Origin: Clostridia bacterium
GTDB lineage: Bacteria; Bacillota; Clostridia; Christensenellales; DTU072
NCBI GenBank assembly: GCA_035409945.1
Contig: DAONQC010000002.1
Location: 128,403 to 192,402 of the forward strand
Length of the DNA: 64,000 bases
Direction: 5' to 3'
Part shown: positions 28,256 through 38,560 of the stretch, piece after piece
Numbering within the stretch: position 1 is the stretch's first letter
How the letters are laid out: every line of letters begins with the position of its first letter
The notes under the pieces: generated by a model
The model's database searches: none
Told to the model about the DNA's origin: nothing
Seen by the model: the letters and a program-made list of their open reading frames with translations, nothing else
Made by a program: the position numbers and the translations under genes

Positions 28256-29968
28256 ATGGAAAATAATGTGATTAAATCAAGCAACATATTTGGTAAATTG
28301 TCTGGCTTTTTCACGAGGCTGTATAACACCGAACTGCCTATGGCTTTACTAGCAGTAATAATATATTTTTCTTGGCTATTTGAACTGGAAGCTTTTGCTT
28401 TTATCTTTGTTATATTATATGTAACAATTGCACTTGTTTTTATAGACGACACAGCGCATATAATAACAGCAGTAATTTTAGCCCCTTTCACCTTTGCTAG
28501 CGGAAATGTAAATGTTGAGCAGTATTTTTGGCTAGCATATTTTCTCATCTTTGTCGTAGTTTCTTTAATCTTTCATATGATTTATTATAAAAAGAAATTT
28601 AAGCTAGGAAAGATGTTTTGGCCACAAGTTGCAATCTCTGTAGCCCTACTTTTAGGAGGAGTTGGGAATATATCTGCAGAAAATTATATGAGTAGCTTTG
28701 CAATGTCTATAATACTGGGCGTATTGATTTTAGTTTTATATTACCTTTTCAACCAATACAGAAATCCTGATTCAGGTATTGATTATAAAAGATATTTAGC
28801 AAAAGTTTTATCGTGGGCAGGACTTATTGTCAGCCTACAAATCATAGCATATATTATACGCTCTCCATATTCTCTATCCGAACTCTTTAAAGTGCTTCAA
28901 AATCAATTTATGGAGCTTGGTTGGGGAATTGATAATAATGCAGCTACCATGCTTTTAATAACGGCTCCTATGACCTTATATCTTGCTTGTAGAAAAGATT
29001 CTAGGTTCCCTATTGCATATGTAATTTCAGGAGCGCTACAATATGCATGCATAATACTTACTTTTAGTAGAGGTGGAATAATAGCTGGAGTTATTACTGG
29101 AATTATTTCCCTTATCTTACTTCTCAGAAAATCTACAAAAAGAAAACATATTTATGTTGCAATTGGTTTAATCTTGATAGGGGTTATAGCTGTACTAGCT
29201 GTTAAATTTAATACCGTTGCAAATCTACTAAAATCGGTCACCTTCCAAGGTACTGGTGATAGTGGGAGATTTACTTTATATAAAGAAGCATGGGAATGCT
29301 TTAAAAAACATCCATTTTTAGGGGTTGGAATGGGATATAAAGGTGAAAACTTCGATGTTCCAATAGTGGAACAATATTTCTTTCACTCCACACTTTTCCA
29401 GGTAATAGCCTCAATGGGTATTGTTGGTATAATAGCTTATCTATACTTTTATATAGTCAGGTATAGCATAGTACTTAAAAATATTAGAAAATCAGTTTTT
29501 GTAATGTTTATATTTACCTCAATGCTTGGTTTTGAAGCATATTCAATGATTGATACTGGCACATTTATTCCAGTACCCTTCATGCTACTAATGATGCTTA
29601 TGACCATGTTTGTAGAAGAAGAAAATAGACAAACTGAGTTTAATTCTGAAATTATAAAGTACAAGCGCCCCGAACCAGAAAAAGCTACACATCTTTTTGC
29701 GGGTCCTTCGAGTGATGATATACCTAAAGCTAAAAAACCTACAGCTAGTAATACAACAAAACAAACGGTTCCAGATGAAGACTCAAATGGTACTTCGAGT
29801 GATGATATACCTAAAACAGAGAAAGCTACAGCTAGTAATACAACAAAACAAACAGTTCCAGATGACGACTCGGATGGTCCTTCGAGTGATGATATAAATA
29901 AAGTAGCAAAAACCACAGCTAGTAATACGGCAAAACAAACTACTAACGGAGATGATGAGGCAGACTAA
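28256..29968 (+). CDS. O-antigen ligase / polymerase-like (Wzy_C family) polytopic membrane protein with repetitive hydrophilic tail
   Basis: About 11-12 TM segments with the family motif TFSRGGIIAGV. The C-terminal ~90 aa are three 29-aa repeats (PSSDDIPKxxKxTASNTTKQTVPDxDSxG). Confidence 0.65.
   Translation: MENNVIKSSNIFGKLSGFFTRLYNTELPMALLAVIIYFSWLFELEAFAFIFVILYVTIALVFIDDTAHIITAVILAPFTFASGNVNVEQYFWLAYFLIFVVVSLIFHMIYYKKKFKLGKMFWPQVAISVALLLGGVGNISAENYMSSFAMSIILGVLILVLYYLFNQYRNPDSGIDYKRYLAKVLSWAGLIVSLQIIAYIIRSPYSLSELFKVLQNQFMELGWGIDNNAATMLLITAPMTLYLACRKDSRFPIAYVISGALQYACIILTFSRGGIIAGVITGIISLILLLRKSTKRKHIYVAIGLILIGVIAVLAVKFNTVANLLKSVTFQGTGDSGRFTLYKEAWECFKKHPFLGVGMGYKGENFDVPIVEQYFFHSTLFQVIASMGIVGIIAYLYFYIVRYSIVLKNIRKSVFVMFIFTSMLGFEAYSMIDTGTFIPVPFMLLMMLMTMFVEEENRQTEFNSEIIKYKRPEPEKATHLFAGPSSDDIPKAKKPTASNTTKQTVPDEDSNGTSSDDIPKTEKATASNTTKQTVPDDDSDGPSSDDINKVAKTTASNTAKQTTNGDDEAD
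29702..29962 (+). repeat. Exact-period 87-bp x3 in-frame tandem repeat
   Basis: Units start at 29702, 29789 and 29876 (GGTCCTTCGAGTGATGATATACCTAAA...). The first two are nearly identical and the third is more diverged. Confidence 0.9.
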
Positions 29969-30085
29969 ATAATAAACTAGGATGTTTTCGCAATCAATGA
30001 TAACTAATTTCATCATATTATAATGTAAATAAGTCTAATATTTTATAACATGATGATTCAGAATAAATAAATGATATAATGTATT

Positions 30086-30107
30086 TTTTGTATCTACGGA
30101 TACAAAA
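30086..30107. promoter_or_regulatory. 22-bp palindrome at the predicted 5' end of the alpha-galactosidase transcript (candidate operator)
   Basis: TTTTGTATC-TACG-GATACAAAA, lying 7-8 nt downstream of an extended -10 TGATATAAT (30071-30079) and ~20 nt upstream of ATG 30128. Confidence 0.4.
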
Positions 30108-30127
30108 TTATACTGTTTGGAGGGAGT

Positions 30128-31774
30128 ATGAGATTAAACGGCATGTGTCCAATATGTTATATTAAAAAATTACTTGTGCCACTGAAACGCACCAAAGATA
30201 TAAATATAGCAGATAAATATGATAATAATGCAGCGCTCACACCACCTATGGGATGGTCAAGCTGGAACACTTTCAAAAACATAATAGATCAAGAAGTAAT
30301 ATATGATACAGCTGTTGCTTTAAAAGAAACTGGACTTCTAGATGCAGGATATGAATATATCAACATTGATGATAACTGGGCTTCTTCATCTCGTGATGAA
30401 AACGGATATCTCATTGGAGACAAAACCAGATTTGCTGATGGTATACCTAGTCTTGTAGAAAAAATTAATGCACTTGGTATCAAAGTTGGTATATATTCCT
30501 CTAATGGAACACTTACTTGCGAAGATCTTCCAGCAAGCCTTGGAAACGAATTTAAAGATGCTTTAACTATAGCTGATTGGGGGATTGAGTATTTTAAATA
30601 TGATTTTTGTCATAATCAAAAGGTTTCTAAATATGCCCCACTAATATATGGTATCACACTTTCAAAAAGTGGCGATAGAAAAGAGAGTTTTTATCCTGTT
30701 ACAGATGCTAAGTTATCTGGCTATGCAAAGCTTATGAAAAGAAAGTCTTCCCCTATAGGCGTTTGTTTAACTGGACTTGACGGTAATATTGGGATTGCAG
30801 AGTATGAAATAGAGATTGAAACTCCGGGTAGTTATACCTTCACAATAGATATATGTAAAAAAGGTGGGTATAAAAAGTATCTACAAGTTTTAATTAATGA
30901 TGAAGACACTTATGAAATTGACATACCCCCTCAGAAAAAATGGAATAATACAGCTAGATTTCAAACTACTGTAACTTTTAAAAAGGGCGTTAATACCATA
31001 AAACTATATAATCCCATAAGAACAAAAATAGATTCTGCCATTTTACAATATAGAACCATGGCAGATGCCATTAAAAAAGCATCTGAAAATACTGCAAAGA
31101 AAAACAATCAAACTATTAAACCAATTGTATTTTCAATTTGCGAATGGGGCTTTAGAAAACCCTGGCTATGGGGAAAAACTGCAGGCAATCTATGGAGGAC
31201 AACCCCAGATATTCGCCCTATATGGCCTTGGATTATGACTATATACAGCAGAAATGTAAAACTTTATAAGTATGCTGAAATTGGCGCTTGGAATGACCCC
31301 GATATGCTAGAAGTCGGAAATGGCAATTTAACAGAAGCTGAAAACAAAACTCATTTTTCACTATGGTGTATGATGAATGCCCCTTTGATACTTGGAAATG
31401 ATTTAAGAAAAATAACCCCTGAAATCTTAAACATAGTAACCAATAAACATATGATTAATATTAACCAAGACGCTCTCGGGAAACAGGCAAAAAGAATTGA
31501 TAGTGGTTGGATGGACATTTTAGCAAAACCTCTTGCAAATGGAGATATTGCAGTATGCTTTGCAAATAAGTTCGGAGGGAAAAAGAAAGCTTCACTTGCT
31601 CTTACTCCTCTTAAAAAAGATAACTATTTAAACTTTCAAGATGCTTTAGATACTGTAAAAGTTTATGATGTATGGGAAAATACTACATATGAAACATCTA
31701 AATTAATTGTAGAGGTTGAAAAACACGGATGTAAAGTGCTTATTCTCTCTAAAGATTTAAATAAAGAGTTTTAA
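30128..31774 (+). CDS. GH27 alpha-galactosidase with an inserted CBM-like beta-sandwich module
   Basis: PPMGWSSWNTF, YINIDDNW, YFKYDFC (nucleophile region), FSICEWG and AWNDPDMLEVGNG (acid/base region). About 150 extra residues lie between the KYD and CEWG motifs, with a CBM6/35-like pattern (GIAEYEIEIETPGSYTFTIDI...VLINDE...VTFKKGVNTIKLYN). No signal peptide. Confidence 0.75.
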   Translation: MRLNGMCPICYIKKLLVPLKRTKDINIADKYDNNAALTPPMGWSSWNTFKNIIDQEVIYDTAVALKETGLLDAGYEYINIDDNWASSSRDENGYLIGDKTRFADGIPSLVEKINALGIKVGIYSSNGTLTCEDLPASLGNEFKDALTIADWGIEYFKYDFCHNQKVSKYAPLIYGITLSKSGDRKESFYPVTDAKLSGYAKLMKRKSSPIGVCLTGLDGNIGIAEYEIEIETPGSYTFTIDICKKGGYKKYLQVLINDEDTYEIDIPPQKKWNNTARFQTTVTFKKGVNTIKLYNPIRTKIDSAILQYRTMADAIKKASENTAKKNNQTIKPIVFSICEWGFRKPWLWGKTAGNLWRTTPDIRPIWPWIMTIYSRNVKLYKYAEIGAWNDPDMLEVGNGNLTEAENKTHFSLWCMMNAPLILGNDLRKITPEILNIVTNKHMININQDALGKQAKRIDSGWMDILAKPLANGDIAVCFANKFGGKKKASLALTPLKKDNYLNFQDALDTVKVYDVWENTTYETSKLIVEVEKHGCKVLILSKDLNKEF

Positions 31775-31795
31775 TATTAGTTTTACTAATTTCAC

Positions 31796-31834
31796 AAAAA
31801 AAAGGTAGCAATCGCTTGCTACCTTTCTCGTTTT
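31796..31834. terminator. Bidirectional rho-independent terminator (alpha-galactosidase / tuf)
   Basis: AAAAAAAA-GGTAGCAA-TCGC-TTGCTACC-TTTCTCGTTTT. The stem extends to 11 bp with A-T pairs. Confidence 0.8.
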
Positions 31835-31850
31835 AAGTTGTATTTCGATA

Positions 31851-33053
31851 TTACTCGATAATGCTTGCGACAACACCTGATCCAACAGTTCTGCCACCTT
31901 CACGAATTGCGAAACGAAGTCCTGCTTCAATTGCAATTGGGGTTAGTAAGCTAACGTTCATATCAATGTGGTCACCGGGCATAACCATTTCAACACCTTC
32001 TGGGAGTTTAATATCGCCAGTAACGTCTGTTGTACGGAAGTAGAATTGTGGACGATATCCGCTAAAGAATGGAGTATGACGTCCGCCTTCCTCTTTTGTC
32101 AAGACATAAACTTGGCTTGTAAATTTGGTATGAGGCTTAATGCTGCCTGGCTTTGCCAAAACTTGTCCTCTTTCAATATCTTGTCTATCAACGCCACGGA
32201 GTAAGCATCCTACGTTATCACCTGCTTTACCTTCATCAAGTAATTTTCTGAACATTTCAACGCCAGTAACAACTGTTTCTTTGGTTGGGCGAATTCCAAC
32301 AATTTGAACTTTGTCCTGAACCTTAACAATACCTCTTTCAACTCTACCAGTTGCAACTGTTCCACGACCTGTGATTGTGAATACGTCTTCTACTGGCATT
32401 AAGAAAGGTTTGTCTGTTGCACGTTCTGGAGTTGGGATATAACTATCAACTGCATCGAGTAGTTCTCTGATTGGATCGCATGCTGCTGAAGCTGCATTTC
32501 CTGCAACCGCTGCTTCCATTGCTTTTAGTGCAGAACCTTTGATAATCGGAATATCGTCTCCAGGGAACTCATATTCATTTAATAATTCTCTGATTTCCAT
32601 TTCAACTAATTCTAACAATTCTGGGTCATCAACTTGGTCTGTTTTGTTCATGAACACAACAATGTATGGAACGCCAACCTGTCTTGCTAGAAGGATGTGT
32701 TCTCTTGTTTGTGGCATTGGACCGTCTGTTGAAGCAACAACTAGAATAGCTCCGTCCATTTGTGCTGCACCAGTAATCATGTTCTTAACATAGTCAGCGT
32801 GCCCTGGACAGTCAACGTGTGCATAGTGACGGGTGTCTGTCTCATACTCAACGTGTGATGTATTGATCGTTATTCCTCTTGCCTTTTCCTCTGGAGCCTT
32901 ATCAATTTCATCATACTTCATAACTGATGCGTGTCCAGCAGCAGAAGCTACCATCGTAATTGCAGCAGTTAAGGTGGTCTTGCCATGGTCAACGTGGCCT
33001 ATTGTTCCTACGTTTACGTGTGGCTTAGTTCTTTCAAATTTTGCTTTTGCCAT
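31851..33053 (-). CDS. tuf: Elongation factor Tu
   Basis: 400 aa. [28 protein letters not shown]...DCPGHADY...NKTD, full-length EF-Tu. Confidence 0.98.
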   Translation of the reverse strand: MAKAKFERTKPHVNVGTIGHVDHGKTTLTAAITMVASAAGHASVMKYDEIDKAPEEKARGITINTSHVEYETDTRHYAHVDCPGHADYVKNMITGAAQMDGAILVVASTDGPMPQTREHILLARQVGVPYIVVFMNKTDQVDDPELLELVEMEIRELLNEYEFPGDDIPIIKGSALKAMEAAVAGNAASAACDPIRELLDAVDSYIPTPERATDKPFLMPVEDVFTITGRGTVATGRVERGIVKVQDKVQIVGIRPTKETVVTGVEMFRKLLDEGKAGDNVGCLLRGVDRQDIERGQVLAKPGSIKPHTKFTSQVYVLTKEEGGRHTPFFSGYRPQFYFRTTDVTGDIKLPEGVEMVMPGDHIDMNVSLLTPIAIEAGLRFAIREGGRTVGSGVVASIIE

Positions 33054-33377
33054 TTAACTTTCCTCCGATAACTTTATATTAATAATCGCTTGTTTTATGA
33101 TTATATATTAATTTAATAATGATTGTCTAGTTTTTTATGCCCGTTATTTAGGCATAAACGCAACATATGAGTGAAAGATATCACATTTTTTACATTTTTG
33201 TCAATCTTTTAACGCACATAACCACATAAAGACAATATTCATCTTTTCAAAAATGCTATCATAAGTCCCACGTGTCATGTAGCGTTATAAGACCTGTCTA
33301 ATGTCCAACTTACTACAAAAACCGACACGTTAAGACAACACCTTTGCCTAAAATGCGACTACATATAGATTAATAAC

Positions 33378-35450
33378 TTAATATCTCTTTTTGCCAGTTA
33401 ATCTTTCAAACTCGCTACTCGGGACCTCTGTATACGATGCAAACTGCATAGTATAAGTTCCTCTGCCTTGTGTTGCAGACCTTAATGTATTTGCATATCC
33501 AAACATTCCAGAAAGTGGCACTGATGCATCTATAATTTGCAGACCTTTACCATTGTCATTCATACCTGATATAATGGCTCTTCTTAAATGTAACGTAGAT
33601 AAAACATCTCCCACATAATTTACAGGTGTTACTACCTCTACATCCATAACTGGTTCAAGTATTGTGGGATCAGCTTTTGTAGCAGCATCTCTAAACGCCA
33701 AGCTTCCAGCAATTCTAAATGCCATTTCCGAACTATCGACTTCGTGTGAAGAACCATCGACTAATTGAACTTTAAAGTCAACAAAAGCACTCCCTATTAA
33801 AACACCAGCATTCGCAGCCTCCAAAACACCGTCTTGTACTGCTTTAATGTATTCTTTTGGTACACTTCCTCCTACAGTTTTGTCTTCGAACACAATACCT
33901 TTTCCTGATTCTTGCGGTTCTATAGTAATGACAGCATGACCATACTGTCCCCTTCCACCCGATTGTCTTATGAATTTACCTTCACCCCTTGCGGATTTTG
34001 TTATACTTTCCCTATATGACACATTTGGCTTTCCTACATTTGCTTCAACTTTAAACTCACGAAGTAGTCTGTCTACTATGATTTCAAGGTGTAATTCTCC
34101 CATACCAGCTATGATGGTTTGTCCCGTTTCACTGTTTGTATATGTCTTGAATGTGGGATCTTCATCTGTAAGTTTTGAAAGTGCTATACCCATTTTTTCC
34201 TGACCTAGTTTAGTTTTAGGCTCAATTGCTATTTGCACAACTGGATCTGGAAACTTCATGTTTTCTAGAACAATAGGATGGGAGACTTCACAAAGGGTAT
34301 CACCTGTAGCAATATTTTTTAATCCGACAAGTGCAATTATATCTCCTGCATGTGCTTCTGTTATGTCGGTTCGACTATTTGCGTGCATCCTTAATATTCT
34401 GCCTACTCTTTCTTTCGTATCCTTTCTACCGTTATATACCATAATCCCAGTTTTTATAGTTCCACTATATATTCTGAAATATGTTAATTTTCCAAAGAAT
34501 GGATCTGTGACTATTTTAAATGCAAGTCCACAGAAATAATCATTATCATCAGCTTTTCTTTCTATTTTCTTCCCTCTCCATTCTCCCTCTACATTTGGAA
34601 CCTCAGTTGGAGATGGTAAAAAGTCAATTACCGAATCTAATAGTTTTTGTACACCTTTATTTCTATATGCACTACCACAAAGTACTGGCGTTACCTTTAG
34701 TTCTATCGTAGCTTTATGTAAGGCCCTTATTATTTCTTCTGGCTCTACTTCTTCGCCTTCAAGATATTTAACCATTACAGTATCATCAAAATCTGCACAC
34801 ACTTCCAGTAACTTTGCTCTAGCTACTTTTGCCATTTCCATATATTCTTCTGGAATTTCTAAATCCTGATAATCTAGTCCCATGTTTTCATTATCATAAA
34901 ATCTGGCATGCTTATATATCAAATCGACATATCCTACAAAAGTGTTTTCTTTTCCCATTGGTAGTACGATAGGCACGGCGTTTGCATGCAACCTTTCATT
35001 CATCATATCTACTGCACTGTAAAAGTCTGCTCCATTTATATCCATTTTATTTATGAAAGCAATTCTTGGAACTTTATACTTTTCAGCTTGACGCCACACT
35101 GTTTCCGATTGTGGTTCAACCCCACCTTTTGCACAAAACACAGCCACAGCTCCATCTAGCACGCGCAAACTTCTTTCAACTTCTACAGTAAAATCAATGT
35201 GACCTGGAGTGTCAATTAGGTTAATAACGTAATCTTTCCAAACTGCAGTTGTTGCAGCAGAAGTTATCGTTATTCCCCTTTCTTGTTCTTGTTCCATCCA
35301 ATCCATTGTTGCAGCACCGTCATGAACTTCGCCAATTCTATGCGTAACACCAGTATAGAACAATATTCGCTCCGAAGTTGTTGTTTTCCCAGCGTCAATA
35401 TGTGCCATAATACCTATGTTTCTTACTTTGTCTATTGGATAATTTCTCAT
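33378..35450 (-). CDS. fusA: Elongation factor G
   Basis: 690 aa. [21 protein letters not shown]...DTPGHIDF...NKMD, full-length EF-G. Confidence 0.97.
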   Translation of the reverse strand: MRNYPIDKVRNIGIMAHIDAGKTTTSERILFYTGVTHRIGEVHDGAATMDWMEQEQERGITITSAATTAVWKDYVINLIDTPGHIDFTVEVERSLRVLDGAVAVFCAKGGVEPQSETVWRQAEKYKVPRIAFINKMDINGADFYSAVDMMNERLHANAVPIVLPMGKENTFVGYVDLIYKHARFYDNENMGLDYQDLEIPEEYMEMAKVARAKLLEVCADFDDTVMVKYLEGEEVEPEEIIRALHKATIELKVTPVLCGSAYRNKGVQKLLDSVIDFLPSPTEVPNVEGEWRGKKIERKADDNDYFCGLAFKIVTDPFFGKLTYFRIYSGTIKTGIMVYNGRKDTKERVGRILRMHANSRTDITEAHAGDIIALVGLKNIATGDTLCEVSHPIVLENMKFPDPVVQIAIEPKTKLGQEKMGIALSKLTDEDPTFKTYTNSETGQTIIAGMGELHLEIIVDRLLREFKVEANVGKPNVSYRESITKSARGEGKFIRQSGGRGQYGHAVITIEPQESGKGIVFEDKTVGGSVPKEYIKAVQDGVLEAANAGVLIGSAFVDFKVQLVDGSSHEVDSSEMAFRIAGSLAFRDAATKADPTILEPVMDVEVVTPVNYVGDVLSTLHLRRAIISGMNDNGKGLQIIDASVPLSGMFGYANTLRSATQGRGTYTMQFASYTEVPSSEFERLTGKKRY

Positions 35451-35620
35451 TTTTTCTTCCTTATAACCATAGGGTTATTTCTCATTATTTATCGTCTTTA
35501 TATGAATAACTTTATATTATATATTTTCCAATTTCATTACATAGCAAGGCGGTACGACGTTTACACCATACCGCTTGTTCCTCTTTTAATTTGTGTTGAA
35601 TAACTAAAGGGCTATTAAGA

Positions 35621-36091
35621 TTACCAACGGAAATGTGCAAAGGCTTTATTGGCCTCGGCCATCCTGTGCATTTCATCCTTTCTCTTAACTGATGCGCCAG
35701 TTCCATTGTACGCTTCAAGAATTTCTTCTGCTAAGCGTTCTTTCATGGTTCTTTCTTTGCGCTTTCTAGAGAAGGAAACTAGCCAGCGGATACCGAGGGT
35801 TTGCCTGCGCTCAGGCCTTACCTCCATAGGTACTTGGTAGTTAGCACCACCAACTCTTCTTGCCTTTACTTCTAACATTGGCATTACATTCTCAAGCGCT
35901 TTGAAAAACACTTCATCTGGATCGAGACTTAGCTTCTTTTTGATTATCTCAAATGCATCGTACACAATTTTTTGTGCAACACTACGCTCACCGCTCCACA
36001 TTACTTGGTTAATTAGCTTGGTAATGACTTTTGAATTATATATTGGGTCTGGTAATACGTCTCTCTTAGGGACTGCACCTTTTCTTGGCAT
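35621..36091 (-). CDS. rpsG: 30S ribosomal protein S7
   Basis: 156 aa. [28 protein letters not shown]...[10 protein letters not shown]. Confidence 0.97.
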   Translation of the reverse strand: MPRKGAVPKRDVLPDPIYNSKVITKLINQVMWSGERSVAQKIVYDAFEIIKKKLSLDPDEVFFKALENVMPMLEVKARRVGGANYQVPMEVRPERRQTLGIRWLVSFSRKRKERTMKERLAEEILEAYNGTGASVKRKDEMHRMAEANKAFAHFRW

Positions 36092-36142
36092 TTTATTATC
36101 CTCCTGATAATTTAATTATGCGCTTCAACTCTAAATAGTTAT

Positions 36143-36168
36143 ACGGGCAGAGTTCACATGCCCGTTAT
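36143..36168 (-). promoter_or_regulatory. Intercistronic hairpin between rpsL and rpsG (candidate S7 translational operator region)
   Basis: The minus strand reads ATAACGGGCA-TGTGAACTC-TGCCCGT starting 5 nt after the rpsL stop. In E. coli the S12-S7 intercistronic region is the S7 autoregulatory site. Function here is only inferred. Confidence 0.3.
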
Positions 36169-36173
36169 ATATC

Positions 36174-36545
36174 CTACTTAGGTCTCTTAGCGCCGTATTT
36201 TGATCTACTTTGTTTGCGTTTTGCTACACCTGCGGTATCTAATGTGCCACGGATAACATGATAACGAACACCTGGGAGATCTCTAACTCTCCCGCCTCTG
36301 ATAAGAACTACGCTGTGCTCTTGTAGGTTATGGCCTTCACCGGGAATATACATTGTCCCTTCTAGTCCATTAACCAAACGAACCTTAGCAATTTTTCTTA
36401 CTGCAGAGTTAGGTTTTTTAGGGGTTGTCGTTGTAACTGCTATACAAACTCCTCTTTTTTGAGGGTTGCCTTGTAACAGAATGTTCTGCTTTTTAGCTAC
36501 TTGACGAACTCTTCCTGACCTAACAAGTTGATTAATAGTCGGCAT
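36174..36545 (-). CDS. rpsL: 30S ribosomal protein S12
   Basis: 123 aa. [12 protein letters not shown]...[10 protein letters not shown]...[13 protein letters not shown]. Confidence 0.98.
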   Translation of the reverse strand: MPTINQLVRSGRVRQVAKKQNILLQGNPQKRGVCIAVTTTTPKKPNSAVRKIAKVRLVNGLEGTMYIPGEGHNLQEHSVVLIRGGRVRDLPGVRYHVIRGTLDTAGVAKRKQSRSKYGAKRPK

Positions 36546-36614
36546 TACGATTCCTCCTTGTAATTATTTTTATGGTATCTTTTTGAAGATAACAATCAGT
36601 TTATTTACGGTTTA

Positions 36615-36860
36615 CTACTTTAAAACTCCCACGACCGCACAGGGTACTTCAAGCCCAAGACTTACTCCTAGTTCTTCTTTTGACCTGGTGAAAGAAAGTG
36701 GTATTTCATTTTGAGTACAAATCTGTTTGACTTGTGTAAGGATATGTTCATCTGCATTTAGAGCTAATATTACAGCTGATATTTTTTGCTCCTTAATACC
36801 CTTGATGACCTGCCGTAATCCTGCTACTTGTTTAACACTTCCTTTTTCTTCTGCACTCAT
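36615..36860 (-). CDS. L7Ae-family ribosome-associated protein (YbxF/RplGB-like)
   Basis: 81 aa. GLRQVIKGIKEQKISAVILALNADEHI...ELGVSLGLEVPCAVVGV. It occupies the same position upstream of rpsL as ybxF in Bacillus. Confidence 0.75.
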   Translation of the reverse strand: MSAEEKGSVKQVAGLRQVIKGIKEQKISAVILALNADEHILTQVKQICTQNEIPLSFTRSKEELGVSLGLEVPCAVVGVLK

Positions 36861-36916
36861 TACCGTTTCTTTGCTCGTATTTATTATTAATATATTATTA
36901 ATTTACGAACTTTACC

Positions 36917-36945
36917 ATTATATCAACCCTCAAAAACCTTGTCAA
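36917..36945 (-). promoter_or_regulatory. Consensus sigma-A promoter of the L7Ae-rpsL-rpsG-fusA operon
   Basis: The minus strand reads TTGACA-N17-TATAAT (perfect hexamers). The palindrome ATATCATATGATAT lies just upstream (36954-36967). Confidence 0.75.
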
Positions 36946-37113
36946 ACAATAAATATCATATGATATGCTGTTTAGAGAGTTTTTTCTATTTAGGCAAATC
37001 AACGCACGCTATAGTGAAAGATTAACATCGAGTTTAAGCATTAATTATGGGTTTAGTACTTGCTTTTAGCTTCATATGTAAAAACTGCATGTCGGAAAAT
37101 AATACGCTACAGC

Positions 37114-37292
37114 GATAGGTTGCATCTAAATCTAAACCACTAGCTTTTAAACCTGCTTTATCTCTGCACTGGTAAGCATATGCTATGGCTAGCGACCTAA
37201 ACTACAGGGATGGATTGGCATCAAGGTCTAAATCACTAGGTTCAATACCTGCCTTTATCTCTTCAAATGCGGCGACTCCTATCATAGCTGCA
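37114..37292. repeat. ~95-bp tandem duplication: decayed copy of the last ~85 coding nt of tsaD lies just downstream of its stop
   Basis: Copy a is 37114-37195 (non-coding) and copy b is 37209-37292 (the tsaD 3' coding end): GAT(A/G)G(-/A)TTG(-/G)CATC(T/A)A(A/G)(A/G)TCTAAA(C/T)CACTAG...CCTGC(-/C)TTTATCTCT. Confidence 0.75.
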
Positions 37293-38260
37293 TTATCAGT
37301 GCAATAAACAAATTCGGGTAGTTTTACTGAGAAACCTTCTTGCTCACCAGCTTTTGTTAATTCGGCTCTTAATACTCCGTTTGCGGCAACACCACCTGCA
37401 AGCACAATTGTTTTTAATCCCTTCTCTTTTGTTGCCCTTATTGCATTGTCCACTACATATGATACAACTGCATTTTGAAAAGACGCAGCAAGATCCGCAG
37501 CATTAATTTCTTCGCCTCTTGCTTTGGAATTTGAAACTAAATTAGCGATAGCTGTTTTAATACCACTAAATGAAAAATCATAGTGATCTTCATTTCTAAA
37601 AGGACGGGTAAATTTATATGCTTCTTTATCGCCCTCCCTTGCAAGCTTTTCGATTTTAGGACCACCTGGGTATCCTAAACCTAATATTCTTGCTACCTTA
37701 TCAAAGCTTTCTCCGATCGCATCATCTCTAGTTTGCCCAAGAGATATCATGTCTTTATCAGCAAAGCCATTTACTTCATATATGTTTGTATGACCACCAC
37801 TTACAATCAGTGCAATGTATGGAGGATTTAACTCCGGATATGTTATATAGTTGGATGCGATATGCCCTTTAATGTGGTTAATGGCTATAAGCGGTAAGTC
37901 TAATGCATATGCTAAAGCTTTAGCATAACAAAGTCCAACGAGCAATGCTCCTAGTAGACCCGCACCATATGTTACAGCAACAACATCTATATCTTGAAGA
38001 GTTACTCCTGCCACTTCTAAGGTTTCTGTTAAAAGGCTATCTATTGCTAATGTATGATTTCTAGAAGCTATTTCAGGAACAACACCCCCAAATCTTTTGT
38101 GTATTTCTATCTGAGAGGAAATCATGGAGGCAAGAACTTTTCTTCCCCTTACAACTGAGCAAGCAGTCTCATCACAACTGCTTTCAAAAGCAAGAATCAA
38201 ATAATCATCTCTATCTCTTAGCTTGTTTAACTTTTCCCTAGCTATTTCTATATATGTCAT
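37202..38260 (-). CDS. tsaD: tRNA N6-adenosine threonylcarbamoyltransferase
   Basis: 352 aa. ILAFESSCDETA...NHIKGHI...GGHT...GGVAAN pattern of TsaD/Kae1. Confidence 0.92.
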   Translation of the reverse strand: MTYIEIAREKLNKLRDRDDYLILAFESSCDETACSVVRGRKVLASMISSQIEIHKRFGGVVPEIASRNHTLAIDSLLTETLEVAGVTLQDIDVVAVTYGAGLLGALLVGLCYAKALAYALDLPLIAINHIKGHIASNYITYPELNPPYIALIVSGGHTNIYEVNGFADKDMISLGQTRDDAIGESFDKVARILGLGYPGGPKIEKLAREGDKEAYKFTRPFRNEDHYDFSFSGIKTAIANLVSNSKARGEEINAADLAASFQNAVVSYVVDNAIRATKEKGLKTIVLAGGVAANGVLRAELTKAGEQEGFSVKLPEFVYCTDNAAMIGVAAFEEIKAGIEPSDLDLDANPSL

Positions 38261-38381
38261 CTTATCCTCTTAACTGTTTATACATTAATGTTATAGTAAC
38301 TGGCTTAATTACTTTCGTTATTTACGGTAGAATACTTTCATAGTTTGACTTGATTACCTAGTTTAGCATCCAGACTTGAGC

Positions 38382-38560
38382 ATTGTTTTAGTGCGGATTA
38401 ATCATCTTAGTTATTTAAACCTGCGTCGTATTTAAACTGACTCTATGTATCAACCTTTAGGCTATAGTATCATTTTATGAAACTGTCGAGGCCCCTAGTA
38501 TTGTTTTGGTATGGTTTAATCATCTTCATCATCGTCATCAAAGGTGTTGAAAAAGTCATT
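38382..38560. repeat. ~118-bp tandem duplication spanning the recD2 stop codon
   Basis: ATTGTTTTAGTGCGGATTAATCATCTTAG (38382-) versus ATTGTTTTGGTATGGTTTAATCATCTTCATC (38500-). The second contains the stop at 38516. Confidence 0.65.

Noticed and set aside
28252-28548. A 98-aa minus-strand ORF overlapping the start of the O-antigen-ligase-like gene, and a 155-aa minus ORF at 29449-29916.
   Set aside because: They are antisense to a polytopic membrane protein and to its 87-bp repeats respectively. The repeat periodicity explains the open frame.
33160-33204. A possible tuf-specific promoter (TTGACA at 33204-33199, minus strand).
   Set aside because: No acceptable -10 hexamer lies at 16-18 nt (the options are GATATC or ATATCT), so it is not reported as a feature. 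tuf may be read through from fusA or use a promoter I cannot recognise.
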